Positions 26,503 to 36,633 of a DNA stretch of 64,000 bases are shown piece by piece. The notes beneath the pieces are model-generated. The model was not told the DNA's origin and ran no database searches. It was given only the letters and a program-made list of their open reading frames with translations. Position 1 is the stretch's first letter. Every line of letters starts with the position of its first letter. The DNA is from Candidatus Saccharimonadia bacterium (GTDB lineage: Bacteria; Patescibacteriota; SICC01). The DNA lies in the NCBI GenBank assembly GCA_025449535.1, contig JANWJF010000001.1, positions 485,136-549,135 of the forward strand, in the 5' to 3' direction. The position numbers and the translations under genes are program-made.

Positions 26503-28923
26503 ATGCCAAACAAACACAGGAAAACGTATCTCGGAGTCACCGCCGGGGCTTTGCTGTTGGCCGCCGCGGCCGGACTGTATCTGGATGCACGCCAGCCCGC
26601 CACGGACATCAGGAACCACGAGATCGGCCGGGACAGCCTGGGCGACGGTCGCGTCACCGCCGGCACGGATACCGCGCCAGGCAACGCGATCGCGACCACC
26701 ACCGAACTCGCGTACGAGTCGCCGGAACTGGAGACCGGTCTGCCGAAGGCGAACGCAATCGGCGTCAACTGGACGCAGGAGGGCGACGGCGAGGCCGAGC
26801 TTGAGGTCCGCACGAACGACGGCGACGGATGGAGCGAATGGTCGGAGCTGGACGGCGACGATCGCAAGGACGGGACGGTCGAGCACAGCGCGATACTGCT
26901 GACGGAGAACGCGGAGCGGACCCAGTACCGGTTCGCGCTTTCCGGGAACGTGAAGCTGTCCAAGCCCAAAGTCTTCGCGATCGACGCCACCACGGGTCCG
27001 GACCCGGAAAAGAAGACGGTCATCGGCCAGATGTTCGGTGGCAAGGCTTCCGCGATTTCGAATCCGCGGATCTACTCCCGGTCGGAATGGGGCTCGCCGG
27101 AAGCTGGCGGCTCGCCGCGCTGGACGCCGAACTATCACAAGCTGCAACGCGTGATGGTGCACCATACCGTCTCGAACGCGACGAACTCGTTCTCCAGCAG
27201 CGCCGCCAACGTCCGGGCGATCTGGTATCAGCACGCCAACAACAATAACTGGGGCGACATCGGCTACAACTACCTGGTGGACATGGGCGGCCGGATCTTC
27301 CAAGGTCGGTATTACAACAAGGCGCATGCTGAGGCCAACGACGTAGAGGTCGAGGGCGGCCATACGTTCGGATACAACGACCGCAGCATCGGCATCGCCG
27401 CGCTCGGCGACTTCCGGTATGATGGCTCGAGCGGGGCGCTCCGGGAGAACATCGGCAAGATCGCCGGGTTCAAGATGGCGCCGTACAAACTGGGTGCGAC
27501 CGCGCGGTACCAGGACGAAAGCGGACGGTCCCAGTACCGGATCGGGGGCCATCGGAACTACACCAGCACGACCTGCCCGGGGAACAACCTCTATAACGTG
27601 CTCGGTACCATCCGCAACCGGGCCCAGGTCTACCGGGATGCGTACGTGGCGCAGTCGACCTGGGACTACGGGTACGTGAGCAAGAGTTCGCACAACGTCA
27701 GTTTCCGGCCGGGCCAGACCTCGGACATCCATATCGTCCTGAGGAACGACGGCGAGAACGTCTGGCGAAACGAGGGTTCGCCGATCGTCCGGCTCGGAAC
27801 GGACCGGCCGCGTGATCGCAACAGCAAGTTCGCCGCGACCTGGCTCGCCCCGAGCCGGACGGGAACGTTCGAGGACCAGGCCGGCGGCGGTGACGACGCC
27901 GACATACACACGGTCCAACCGGGCGAGACGGCGCGGTTCGAGTTCACCGTCACGGCGCCGTCCACCCCTGGTACCTACAAGGAGTACTTCCGCCCGGTGG
28001 CCGACGGGGCGGGTTGGTTCTATCGGGACATCGGCATGCATTGGTCGCTCAAGGTCCTCCCCCCCGGCTACAACTACGGCTTCGTCAGCAAGTCGGCCAC
28101 GCCCGCCACGATCACGCCCGGCGTGGACACCCAGGACGTCACCGTGCGGCTCGAGAACACGGGAACCGAGTCCTGGCCGGTGGACGGCGCGCTCCGGCTC
28201 GGCACGGACCGGGGCCGGGACCATAAGTCCGCCTTCGTGACCACTGCGGGACCGGATCCCTGGATCTCCCGGACCCGGCCCTCGGCGGTGGACTCGGTGG
28301 TGGGTGCGCCCGGTGACACGGCGGTAGACCCCGGCCAGGTCGCGGAGTTCGACTTCACGATCACCGTGCCGGCTGGCCTCGCTGCCGGCAACTACAAGCT
28401 CTACGTGCGTCCGGTGCTGGACGGCGTGAAGTGGCTACCCGAGGACTACGGCATCAACTTCCCGGTCCCAGTGGCTCCCCAGCGGCGCACGGGCACCTGG
28501 ACTACCCGCTATGACGGCAGCCAGACGAACTTCCAGCAGGGCACCGTGAAGCGGGTACGCCTGGCGATCGCCAACACCGGCCGGATGACCTGGCAGGGCA
28601 GCGGCCCGGACCAGGTGCGCCTGGCCACGAGTAACCCGAAGGACCGCAGCAGCGCCTTCAGGACCGAGGTGGGCGAGGCGCCCGACGCCTGGCTGTCCCC
28701 GAACCGGGCCTCGGCCATCGACGGGACGGTCACGGACGTGGATACGATGACCGTGGACACCGGGGACACGACGATCGAGCCGGGGCAGGTCGCCTTCTTC
28801 GACATCTACCTGAAGGCGGACCGGCCGGTGGGTACCTACCGGGAGTACTTCGCCCTGGTGCAGGAAGGCATCGCCTGGTTCCCGGACACCGGGTACAACA
28901 TGTACCTGAGGGTGGTCGAGTAG
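26503..28923 (+). CDS. N-acetylmuramoyl-L-alanine amidase (Amidase_2/PGRP) with three about 130-aa C-terminal repeats
   Basis: Amidase_2 core (HHTVS ... IGYNYLVDMGGRIFQGR); three repeats sharing W..G...RL(G/A)T..P.DR.S.F. Confidence 0.7.
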   Translation: MPNKHRKTYLGVTAGALLLAAAAGLYLDARQPATDIRNHEIGRDSLGDGRVTAGTDTAPGNAIATTTELAYESPELETGLPKANAIGVNWTQEGDGEAELEVRTNDGDGWSEWSELDGDDRKDGTVEHSAILLTENAERTQYRFALSGNVKLSKPKVFAIDATTGPDPEKKTVIGQMFGGKASAISNPRIYSRSEWGSPEAGGSPRWTPNYHKLQRVMVHHTVSNATNSFSSSAANVRAIWYQHANNNNWGDIGYNYLVDMGGRIFQGRYYNKAHAEANDVEVEGGHTFGYNDRSIGIAALGDFRYDGSSGALRENIGKIAGFKMAPYKLGATARYQDESGRSQYRIGGHRNYTSTTCPGNNLYNVLGTIRNRAQVYRDAYVAQSTWDYGYVSKSSHNVSFRPGQTSDIHIVLRNDGENVWRNEGSPIVRLGTDRPRDRNSKFAATWLAPSRTGTFEDQAGGGDDADIHTVQPGETARFEFTVTAPSTPGTYKEYFRPVADGAGWFYRDIGMHWSLKVLPPGYNYGFVSKSATPATITPGVDTQDVTVRLENTGTESWPVDGALRLGTDRGRDHKSAFVTTAGPDPWISRTRPSAVDSVVGAPGDTAVDPGQVAEFDFTITVPAGLAAGNYKLYVRPVLDGVKWLPEDYGINFPVPVAPQRRTGTWTTRYDGSQTNFQQGTVKRVRLAIANTGRMTWQGSGPDQVRLATSNPKDRSSAFRTEVGEAPDAWLSPNRASAIDGTVTDVDTMTVDTGDTTIEPGQVAFFDIYLKADRPVGTYREYFALVQEGIAWFPDTGYNMYLRVVE

Positions 28924-28963
28924 CGGCTCGGATACTTCGCTCCGGTTTCAGTAGAATGGGACG

Positions 28964-29914
28964 GTGATTGACGCGCTGATCATCCTGGTCCTGCTGGCGT
29001 ACGCCTACTTCGGATACCGTCGGGGCTACTTCGCGGGGATGGCGGAACTGGTCGGGTTCATCCTGGGACTGGCCGTTGCCTTTACGTTGTCGAAGCCCCT
29101 GGGCGGGCTGTTCGCGGAGATCATCAACCTGCCGCGGAGCATCCTCGACCTCGGTGCCTTCATGGTGCTATGGATGCTGACCGAGCTGGCGGTGTCGTTC
29201 GGTTGGCGGTTCGCCAGCAAGAGCCTCCCGGAGAAGCTGAGCAAGCACCCGGCGAACCGGGCGGCGGGAGTATTGCCGGGAATAGGCAAGGGCCTGGCGT
29301 TCATCACCATCCTGCTCCTGATCGTCGCCTCGGCCCCGATTCCCACGAGCACCAAGCAGCCGTTCGTTGAGTCCGCCATCGGCAAGCAGCTGTTGGCTGC
29401 GGGAACGGTCTTCCAACAGCAGGTCAACGGCGTCTTCGGCGAGGCGTTGCGGGATACGCTGGCGTTCAAGACGGTGAAGACGGGCAGCAGCGATACGACG
29501 GAACTGGGATTCACGGTGAAGGATGCGTCGGAGTGCCGGGAGGACGGCAAGAAGCTGTTCGAGAAGGCGAACGCGGAACGGGCGGAACGCGGCTTCCCGC
29601 TGTTGGAGTGGGACGACGGGCTGCGCGCGGTGGGACTCAAGCATTCGCAGGACATGTTGGCGCGCGGGTACTTCTCGCACGTGACGCCGGAGGGCAAGGA
29701 TCCGTTCGACCGGATGGCGGACGCGGACATCACCTACGTCGTGGCGGGAGAGAACCTGGCGTTCGCCCCGACGGTCGACATCGCCCACACCGGCTTGATG
29801 AACTCGCCCGGCCATAAGGCCAACATTTTGAAGGAAGACTTCCGCAAGCTGGGCGTCGGCTGCGCGGATGGCGGCATCCGCGGGCAGATGTACTCGCAGG
29901 AGTTCACGGGCTGA
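28964..29914 (+). CDS. CvpA-like membrane domain fused to a CAP (SCP/PR-1) domain
   Basis: N-terminal CvpA-type 4-TM segment; C-terminal GYFSHVTPEG ... NSPGHKANIL CAP motifs. Confidence 0.65.
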   Translation: MIDALIILVLLAYAYFGYRRGYFAGMAELVGFILGLAVAFTLSKPLGGLFAEIINLPRSILDLGAFMVLWMLTELAVSFGWRFASKSLPEKLSKHPANRAAGVLPGIGKGLAFITILLLIVASAPIPTSTKQPFVESAIGKQLLAAGTVFQQQVNGVFGEALRDTLAFKTVKTGSSDTTELGFTVKDASECREDGKKLFEKANAERAERGFPLLEWDDGLRAVGLKHSQDMLARGYFSHVTPEGKDPFDRMADADITYVVAGENLAFAPTVDIAHTGLMNSPGHKANILKEDFRKLGVGCADGGIRGQMYSQEFTG

Positions 29915-29942
29915 ACGGTTGTGGCCGTGTCCGCGAACCGGT

Positions 29943-30470
29943 ATGGTGGTCGGTTATATCGATATGAGTAGTACTGAAGCCAACACGGGAATCGACTCGC
30001 GGATTACCGTCGATGAAATCAGCTGGCAAGAAAAAACCACCGGAGATGCCTTCGTCGCCTGTGTCGAGGAGCTGCTCGAGCCTTTCCCCATCACACCCCA
30101 GGAGGATGACGAGTTCGAAGCGCACCGAAGCGACCGGTGCGGCGAGTTCCCGGTCACACCCGGTCTCGACATCAGAGTCCGGCGTAGCGGTGCCATGCAT
30201 GAACTGGAGTTCGTGGCGGGCATCCGCGTCTGGGTCGGCGGAGAGCTCCGTTCGGCGACCGAACGGGTTTCCTTCACGCACAGCGGCGGCCGTCTGCACA
30301 TCGATACTTTCGCTTCGCTTGAGCCGCAGAAGGGGCACCGCCAGGAGCTGGCCCTTGCGCAATACACCGCGGGCGGCCATTTGCCGTTCCTCGAGTCCAC
30401 GGACGGGTTCGCCAAGGTCGAGGCTTTCAAGGAGATCGTTGACCACCCCGAGGCGTACCTGCGGCCGTAA
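29943..30470 (+). CDS. hypothetical protein
   Basis: ORF track, start trimmed to ATG 29943. Confidence 0.4.
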   Translation: MVVGYIDMSSTEANTGIDSRITVDEISWQEKTTGDAFVACVEELLEPFPITPQEDDEFEAHRSDRCGEFPVTPGLDIRVRRSGAMHELEFVAGIRVWVGGELRSATERVSFTHSGGRLHIDTFASLEPQKGHRQELALAQYTAGGHLPFLESTDGFAKVEAFKEIVDHPEAYLRP

Positions 30471-30482
30471 AGTGCTGGACGG

Positions 30483-31148
30483 TCAGTCCGTGCCATACTT
30501 GATCGCCTGGATGCCGAGCTCCGGGACGTTCACGCCGGGCTTCCGGCCGATGACGAACTCGATGGCATCGACGATCTCGCCGACATTGAGCGTCGTCTCG
30601 GAATCGTCGTCCTCGCCGAACGCGCCGGGATAGATACCCCCGACGGTGACCCCGTGTTCGCGCGCTTCCTTGGCGAGGCTCTTCGTGAAGCCGTCCATCG
30701 CGAACTTGGCCGCCGCGTAGGCGGCCTGGTGCCGCTCGGCATAAAACCCGCCTTGCGAGACGACGTTCACGATCCGTCCGGCGCCCGCTTCCTTCATCGC
30801 GGCGTAAATCTCCCGGGTGAAGAGCATCGGCGCCAGCGCATTCGAGCGGATCTGCTGCTGAATGTCCTCGGGGGCGGTCTCTTCGTACGGTCCGCCGATC
30901 CAACCGCCGGAAGCGTTGATCAGTACGTCGACCGTCTTATGCGACTTGAGGATGTCGGTGGCGGCCTGCAGGGCCTGGTCCGGATCGGCGGCGTCCCCGG
31001 CTTGGTATTCCGCGCCGGTTTTGGCGGCGATCTGCTTCAGGCGTTCGGCGTTGCGGGCGACGAGCACGACGGCGTCGTTCTTCAGCTGGCCTGCCAAGGC
31101 CCGACCCAGCTTCCCGGTCCCTCCGGTAATGACAATCGTCCGACTCAT
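30483..31148 (-). CDS. SDR family NAD(P)-dependent oxidoreductase
   Basis: TGGTGKLG Rossmann motif and YxxxK. Confidence 0.85.
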   Translation of the reverse strand: MSRTIVITGGTGKLGRALAGQLKNDAVVLVARNAERLKQIAAKTGAEYQAGDAADPDQALQAATDILKSHKTVDVLINASGGWIGGPYEETAPEDIQQQIRSNALAPMLFTREIYAAMKEAGAGRIVNVVSQGGFYAERHQAAYAAAKFAMDGFTKSLAKEAREHGVTVGGIYPGAFGEDDDSETTLNVGEIVDAIEFVIGRKPGVNVPELGIQAIKYGTD

Positions 31149-31180
31149 GCCATCAGGATACCATCGGGTACCCTGTACTT

Positions 31181-32527
31181 ATGCAGCTGCTCGACGAAGT
31201 CCGGGACATCCTCCAGCCGTATCGTGATAGGAAGCTCATCGTGGCGGTGTCCGGCGGCGTGGACTCGGTGGTCCTCCTCGACCTGTTGAACGAACTCCGC
31301 CATGAGTTGGAGCTGGACCTGGTCGTCGCGCATGCGGACCACGGCCTCCGCCGCGGCAGCGCCAAGGATGCCCGGTTCGTCGAGGCGCTGGCGCACGGGT
31401 TGGGACTGCCGTCCGCTTCCACGCGGCTCGACCTGAATCCCGGCGGCAACGTCGAGGCTCGCGCTCGCGAGGCCCGGTACCGCTGGCTGGAGACCATCCG
31501 CAAGCGCCGCAAGGCGGACTACGTCGTCACCGCCCATCAGGCGGACGACCAGGTCGAGACGCTCTTCCTGCACCTGGCCCGGGGGACCGGCATGCAAGGG
31601 CTTTCCGGCATGAAGACGCTGTCCGGCACGGTCCTCCGCCCGCTCCTGGGAACGCCGCGCGCCCAGGTCGCCCGGTACGCCCGGCGCCGTAAGCTGAAGT
31701 TCCGCCGCGACCCGACCAACCGGAACGTGAAGCACGCCCGCAACCGGATCCGGCACCAAGTGATCCGGAGCCTCCGGAAGATCAATCCGCAGCTCGTCGA
31801 GACGGTCAGCCAGTCGATGCGGGTCTTCTCCAACGAATACGAGGTCGCCCGGATGCTGGCGGCCCGAGAACTCGCCCAGGTGACCGTCAGCGCGGGCGGC
31901 GACGGCCGCAAGCTGAAGCGTGCCAAGCTGATGAAGATGGACCGTGGGGTGCGGCATCTGGTCTGGCGGGAGGCGCTCCGGCAGCTGGCCGGTGACCTGC
32001 GCGGGTTCGCGCTCCGGCACCTCGAGCAGCTCGACGACCTGTTGCACCGGCAGACCGGCAGTCGGGCGCATCTGCCACGCGGTGTGACCGCGGCGCGTCA
32101 ATACGACGAACTGGTCCTCCGGATCGGTCCACCGGCCGCGCCGCCGAAGCGCACGACGCTGGCGGTTCCGGGCGAGGCAGACTTCGGCGATCGGACGATC
32201 TCGGCGAAGACGGTCGCCAGGGCCCGCCCGGAGGCGTCCGGTCGGACGGCGGTGCTGGACGCGGTCGCCCTCGGTGACGAACTGGTCATCCGTCCGCCGC
32301 GGGCTGGGGATCGGTTCAAACCGGTCGGGATGCGCGGCAGCAAGCTGGTCAGCGACCTGCTCACGGACGCCAAGGTCCCGCGCGACGAGCGGCCGTGGGT
32401 GCCGGTCGTTCTCAAGCCGGGCGGTCGCGGCAAACGCCAACAGGTCGTCTGGGTCGCGGGGTACCGGGCGGACCGGCGGTTCGTGCCGCGCCGCGGCGGC
32501 AAGCGGGTCGTGCTTCGACTGGTCTGA
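31181..32527 (+). CDS. tilS: tRNA(Ile)-lysidine synthetase
   Basis: PP-loop SGGVDS; conserved tilS-ftsH neighbourhood. Confidence 0.85.
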   Translation: MQLLDEVRDILQPYRDRKLIVAVSGGVDSVVLLDLLNELRHELELDLVVAHADHGLRRGSAKDARFVEALAHGLGLPSASTRLDLNPGGNVEARAREARYRWLETIRKRRKADYVVTAHQADDQVETLFLHLARGTGMQGLSGMKTLSGTVLRPLLGTPRAQVARYARRRKLKFRRDPTNRNVKHARNRIRHQVIRSLRKINPQLVETVSQSMRVFSNEYEVARMLAARELAQVTVSAGGDGRKLKRAKLMKMDRGVRHLVWREALRQLAGDLRGFALRHLEQLDDLLHRQTGSRAHLPRGVTAARQYDELVLRIGPPAAPPKRTTLAVPGEADFGDRTISAKTVARARPEASGRTAVLDAVALGDELVIRPPRAGDRFKPVGMRGSKLVSDLLTDAKVPRDERPWVPVVLKPGGRGKRQQVVWVAGYRADRRFVPRRGGKRVVLRLV

Positions 32528-32570
32528 CCGCCGGTGCAACGCCCCCGCCCCTGCGGTACCCTAGGTAGGT

Positions 32571-34424
32571 ATGAACCGAAGCGTGCGCAGCTTGCTATAC
32601 CTGATCGGCGCGGTGATGATCGTCGCTTTGGTGTACTCGTCCACCGGTGTCGGCCAGACCGCCAAGGAGGAAGTGCCGGTCACCCGGGTCATCGAGCAGA
32701 TCAAGACCGGTCAAGTGGACAGGATCGAGGCGGCCGGCCGGGAGCTCACGGTAAAGCTCGCGAACGGTAAGACCGAGACGACCAAGTACACCGGCGACTC
32801 GCTGCCCCAGTACCTCAAGGACTTCGGCGTGACGGACGCCCAACTGGCCAAGGTCGAGATCGAGGAGCAGGGCGCCAAGGACTACTCCGTCTGGATCAAC
32901 CTGGCGAGCTTCGTGCTGCCGCTGCTGCTGATCGGCGGGTTCCTGTTCTTCATGCTCCGGCAGGCCCAGTCCGGCAACAACCAGGCGATGAGCTTCGGCC
33001 GCAGCCGGGCCAAGCTCTTCAACGCGGAGAAGAAGTCCAAGGTGACGTTCAAGGACGTGGCCGGCGCCCACGAATCCAAGGAAGAGCTTGAGGAGATCGT
33101 CCAGTTCCTGAAGTATCCGGCCAAGTTCGCGCAGCTCGGCGCGGAGATTCCCAAGGGCGTGATGATGGTCGGCCCACCCGGCACCGGCAAGACCCTGCTG
33201 GCCCGCGCCGTGGCCGGCGAGGCGGACGTGCCGTTCTTCTCCATCTCCGGCTCGGAGTTCGTGGAGATGTTCGTGGGCGTCGGCGCCAGTCGGGTCCGCG
33301 ACCTCTTCGCCAAGGCCAAGCGGAACGCGCCCTGCATCATCTTCATCGATGAGATCGACGCGGTCGGCCGCCAGCGCGGCGCCGGACTCGGCGGGTCGCA
33401 CGACGAGCGCGAGCAGACGCTCAACCAGATCCTCACCGAGATGGACGGCTTCGAGCAAGGCACCAACGTGATCGTGATAGCCGCCACCAACCGGCCGGAC
33501 GTGCTCGACCCGGCGCTGCTCCGCCCGGGGCGCTTCGACCGCCGGGTGCTGCTGGACCGGCCGGACGTGAAGGAACGCAAGCTGATCTTGGAAGTGCATG
33601 CCAAGGGCAAGCCGCTCGAGAAGGGGGTCGATCTCGGGAAGATCGCCCGTCAGACGCCGGGCTTCGCCGGCGCGGACCTGAAGAACCTCTTCAATGAGGC
33701 CGCGATCCTGGCCGCTCGGCGCGACAAAAAGAAAGTCGGCCAGGTGGAGCTGACCAACAGTATCGAGAAGGTGATGCTGGGTCCGGAACGCCGTAGCCGT
33801 GTGATGAGCGAACAGGCGAAGAAGGTTACCGCGTACCATGAGGCCGGCCACGCGCTGGTCGCGACGTACCTGCCGCGCACCGATCCGGTCCATAAGGTCA
33901 GCATCATCTCCCGCGGCATGGCGGGCGGCTATACCTGGTACCTGCCGGACGAGGACAAGCTGCTCCACGCCAAGCCGGATTTCGAGGACGAACTGGCCGC
34001 GATGCTGGCCGGCCACGCCGCCGAACGGGAGGTCTTCAAGGAGGTCACGACCGGCGCCAGCTCGGACATCCAGAAGGCGACGGAGCTGGCCCGCCGGATG
34101 GTGGTCGATTACGGCATGTCCGAGAAGCTCGGGCCGATCGCCTACCGCGAGAAGGACGAGATGGTCTTCCTCGGCCGGGAGCTTGGCGAGCAGAAGCATT
34201 ACTCCGAGAAGGTCGCCGCGGAGATCGACGCCGAGGTGAAGCGGATCATCGACACGGCGTATGCCCTGGCGCAGTCGACGCTCAAGAAGCACCGCAAGAA
34301 GCTCGACATGCTGGCCGCGGAGTTGATCAAACGGGAGACGATCGAAGGTGAGGAGTACGACAAGCTCTTTCCCGATGCGCCGAAGCTACAGAAGGCTAAG
34401 CCCAAGCGCAAGGCGCGCGCCTAG
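32571..34424 (+). CDS. ftsH: ATP-dependent zinc metalloprotease FtsH
   Basis: AAA Walker A GPPGTGKT, second region of homology, HEAGH zinc motif. Confidence 0.95.
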   Translation: MNRSVRSLLYLIGAVMIVALVYSSTGVGQTAKEEVPVTRVIEQIKTGQVDRIEAAGRELTVKLANGKTETTKYTGDSLPQYLKDFGVTDAQLAKVEIEEQGAKDYSVWINLASFVLPLLLIGGFLFFMLRQAQSGNNQAMSFGRSRAKLFNAEKKSKVTFKDVAGAHESKEELEEIVQFLKYPAKFAQLGAEIPKGVMMVGPPGTGKTLLARAVAGEADVPFFSISGSEFVEMFVGVGASRVRDLFAKAKRNAPCIIFIDEIDAVGRQRGAGLGGSHDEREQTLNQILTEMDGFEQGTNVIVIAATNRPDVLDPALLRPGRFDRRVLLDRPDVKERKLILEVHAKGKPLEKGVDLGKIARQTPGFAGADLKNLFNEAAILAARRDKKKVGQVELTNSIEKVMLGPERRSRVMSEQAKKVTAYHEAGHALVATYLPRTDPVHKVSIISRGMAGGYTWYLPDEDKLLHAKPDFEDELAAMLAGHAAEREVFKEVTTGASSDIQKATELARRMVVDYGMSEKLGPIAYREKDEMVFLGRELGEQKHYSEKVAAEIDAEVKRIIDTAYALAQSTLKKHRKKLDMLAAELIKRETIEGEEYDKLFPDAPKLQKAKPKRKARA

Positions 34425-34455
34425 CGGCGTATACTGAGGCCGACGCACGGAGCGT

Positions 34456-36087
34456 ATGGTCAAACAAACCGTCAGCCAGCTGAACCGACAAGCCAAGGGA
34501 GCGATCCGGAAGTTCTTCGGATTCTCGACGAGCGTCGGCGGGGCGGCGGCGATCCTCGGCGTCGCGTACTTTGCCAGTCGCCTGTTGGCCCTGGTCCGCG
34601 ACCGGCTCCTGGCGACCGGCTTCGGCCCCGGGCCGGAACTGGACGCGTACTTCGCGGCCTTCCGGATCCCCGACTTTATCTTCAACGTGCTGATCTTCGG
34701 CGCGATCTCATCTGCGTTCATCCCTGTCTTCGCCGGCTACCTCGCCAACAAGAAGAAGGAGACCGCGGACAAGGTCGGGTCGGTCGTCCTGACGGCGGGG
34801 ATCATATTACTGATCGGCGTCGCCGGGGTGGCGTTCGTGTTCGCGCCGGAACTGGCGCCGTTCATCGCGCCGGGGTTCACCGACGCGCAGCTGAAGGAAG
34901 TGGCCGAGCTCACCCGGATCATGCTGCTCTCGCCGATCTTCTTCGGTATCGGCGGCATCTTCGGGTCGGTCCTCCATTCGCACCAGCGGTTCGTGGCGTA
35001 CTCCGTCGCGCCGCTGCTGTACAACCTCGGCATCATCGCCGGCGCGCTGGTCGCCCCGGAGCTTGGCGTGAAGTACCTGGCCTGGGGCGTCGCCGCGGGC
35101 GCCTTCCTGCAGATGTGTATCCAGGTCGTCGCCGGACTCCGGACGGGATTCCGGTTCCGGCCGAACCTCAGTATCCGGCACCCCGGTGTCCGGCGGATCT
35201 TCTGGCTGATGATCCCGACCACGATCGGCGCGGCGATCCTCCAGATCAACTTCCTGGTCGAGACGGTCATCGCCTCGACCCTCCAGGCCGGCTCGCTGGC
35301 CCAGTTCTGGCTGGCGACCAGCCTCTCGATGGTGCCGGTCTCGGTGGTCGGCGCGGCGTTCGCGACGGCGGTGTTCCCTGTGCTCGCCAAGGCGGCCTCG
35401 ACCCATCAGACCTCGCTGTACGTAGAGAACCTCGTCACCGTGATCCGGAAGATCCTCTTCGTGATCATCCCGGTCAGCATCGCGGTCATGCTGCTGCGCG
35501 CGCAGATCGTCCGGTTGGTCTACGGCGCCGGCAACTTCGACTTCGACGACACGCGGTACGTGACCAGCATCCTGGGCATCCTGGCGGTGTCATTGTTCGC
35601 TCAGGCCCTGGTGCCTTTGCTCTCCAAGGCGTTCTATGCGATCCGCAATACGCGCACCCCGGTGATCATCGCCGGCGTCGCGATGCTGGTGAACGTGGCC
35701 GTGGCGATCCCGGCCAGCCACTACCTCGGGGTGGTGGGTCTGGCGCTGGCGTTCAGCCTCGCCTCGATCGTCCAGGTCGCGCTGCTCTTCTTCTTCCTTT
35801 CGAGCAAGGTCCCGGCGGTGGAGGACCGGGCGATGCTCTCGGCGATCACCCGGATCACGTTCGCGTCCCTGGCCTCGGGCGCGGCGATCTACGGGACGTT
35901 GTACGGCGTCGCCTATCTGATCGAGGACATCCAAAGCACCCAGACGGTGGCGTTCTTCGCGATCCAGACGGTACTGGCCGGGTTGGTCGGCTCCGGCGTC
36001 TACCTGATGCTCACCACGGCGATGAAGCTGCCGGAAGCGCGGTTGCTCCTCGTCCGGGCCCGTCACCCGCTCGACGCGGACGATTGA
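34456..36087 (+). CDS. murJ: lipid II flippase MurJ
   Basis: 14-TM MviN/MurJ-like protein, 543 aa. Confidence 0.8.
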   Translation: MVKQTVSQLNRQAKGAIRKFFGFSTSVGGAAAILGVAYFASRLLALVRDRLLATGFGPGPELDAYFAAFRIPDFIFNVLIFGAISSAFIPVFAGYLANKKKETADKVGSVVLTAGIILLIGVAGVAFVFAPELAPFIAPGFTDAQLKEVAELTRIMLLSPIFFGIGGIFGSVLHSHQRFVAYSVAPLLYNLGIIAGALVAPELGVKYLAWGVAAGAFLQMCIQVVAGLRTGFRFRPNLSIRHPGVRRIFWLMIPTTIGAAILQINFLVETVIASTLQAGSLAQFWLATSLSMVPVSVVGAAFATAVFPVLAKAASTHQTSLYVENLVTVIRKILFVIIPVSIAVMLLRAQIVRLVYGAGNFDFDDTRYVTSILGILAVSLFAQALVPLLSKAFYAIRNTRTPVIIAGVAMLVNVAVAIPASHYLGVVGLALAFSLASIVQVALLFFFLSSKVPAVEDRAMLSAITRITFASLASGAAIYGTLYGVAYLIEDIQSTQTVAFFAIQTVLAGLVGSGVYLMLTTAMKLPEARLLLVRARHPLDADD

Positions 36088-36136
36088 TTTACTGCTTGGT
36101 TGACGCTCTTTAATCGCTTTGCTAGCATTCTTCGTT

Positions 36137-36625
36137 ATGGGCGAACGATCAGAAGAAGCACGAAGGGCGGAGTTCGAGGCGTCCCGCGAACCGACGCCGG
36201 ACGGTCGCAGCCTGGAGGATTTTCCTGTGGGTTTAGAGGTAGTTGCATACATGAGCAACTACGGGCAGCTGGAGCTCGGAAATGCGACCATCGTCGGGCA
36301 TACCAGGTTTGGCTGGGTGGAGGTACGTCCCCGCAACCTGGATCGTGGCGCGCCCTTTGGACGCCGCGATGCCGTCTTTAAATTCTCACCCCGCTCACCT
36401 GGCCTGTTGCGTTCTGAAGAATTGGAATCGTTGAAAGGTTCCCGGGAGCAGGTACGGTGCTGGGTCGGGCAGGGCGATCGGTATGATGAACGGGAAAGTC
36501 GACGTCTGGTCGACAAGATCGTCGGTTACTCAGGGTACGATGGTCCGGTGAAGCCCCCCATACCTGGTGACCCCGTCCGGAAACGGTCAAAAGGCGTCAA
36601 TAAGGCCGGCTGGCCCGGCGGCTGA
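36137..36625 (+). CDS. hypothetical protein, paralog A of a tandem pair
   Basis: Shares LEDFPVG, RFSPxSPGLLR, GYxGYxG with the next gene. Confidence 0.5.
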   Translation: MGERSEEARRAEFEASREPTPDGRSLEDFPVGLEVVAYMSNYGQLELGNATIVGHTRFGWVEVRPRNLDRGAPFGRRDAVFKFSPRSPGLLRSEELESLKGSREQVRCWVGQGDRYDERESRRLVDKIVGYSGYDGPVKPPIPGDPVRKRSKGVNKAGWPGG

Positions 36626-36633
36626 GGGGTGAC

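Noticed and set aside
26455-28224. 589-aa ORF antisense to the amidase gene, and similar long antisense ORFs (32595-34292 vs ftsH, 42101-43594 vs recA, 19834-20820 vs cdaR, 31145-32539 vs tilS, 54817-56070, 62223-63260)
   Set aside because: Low-complexity Arg/Gly/Pro-rich products with no motifs. The sense-strand genes are confidently identified.
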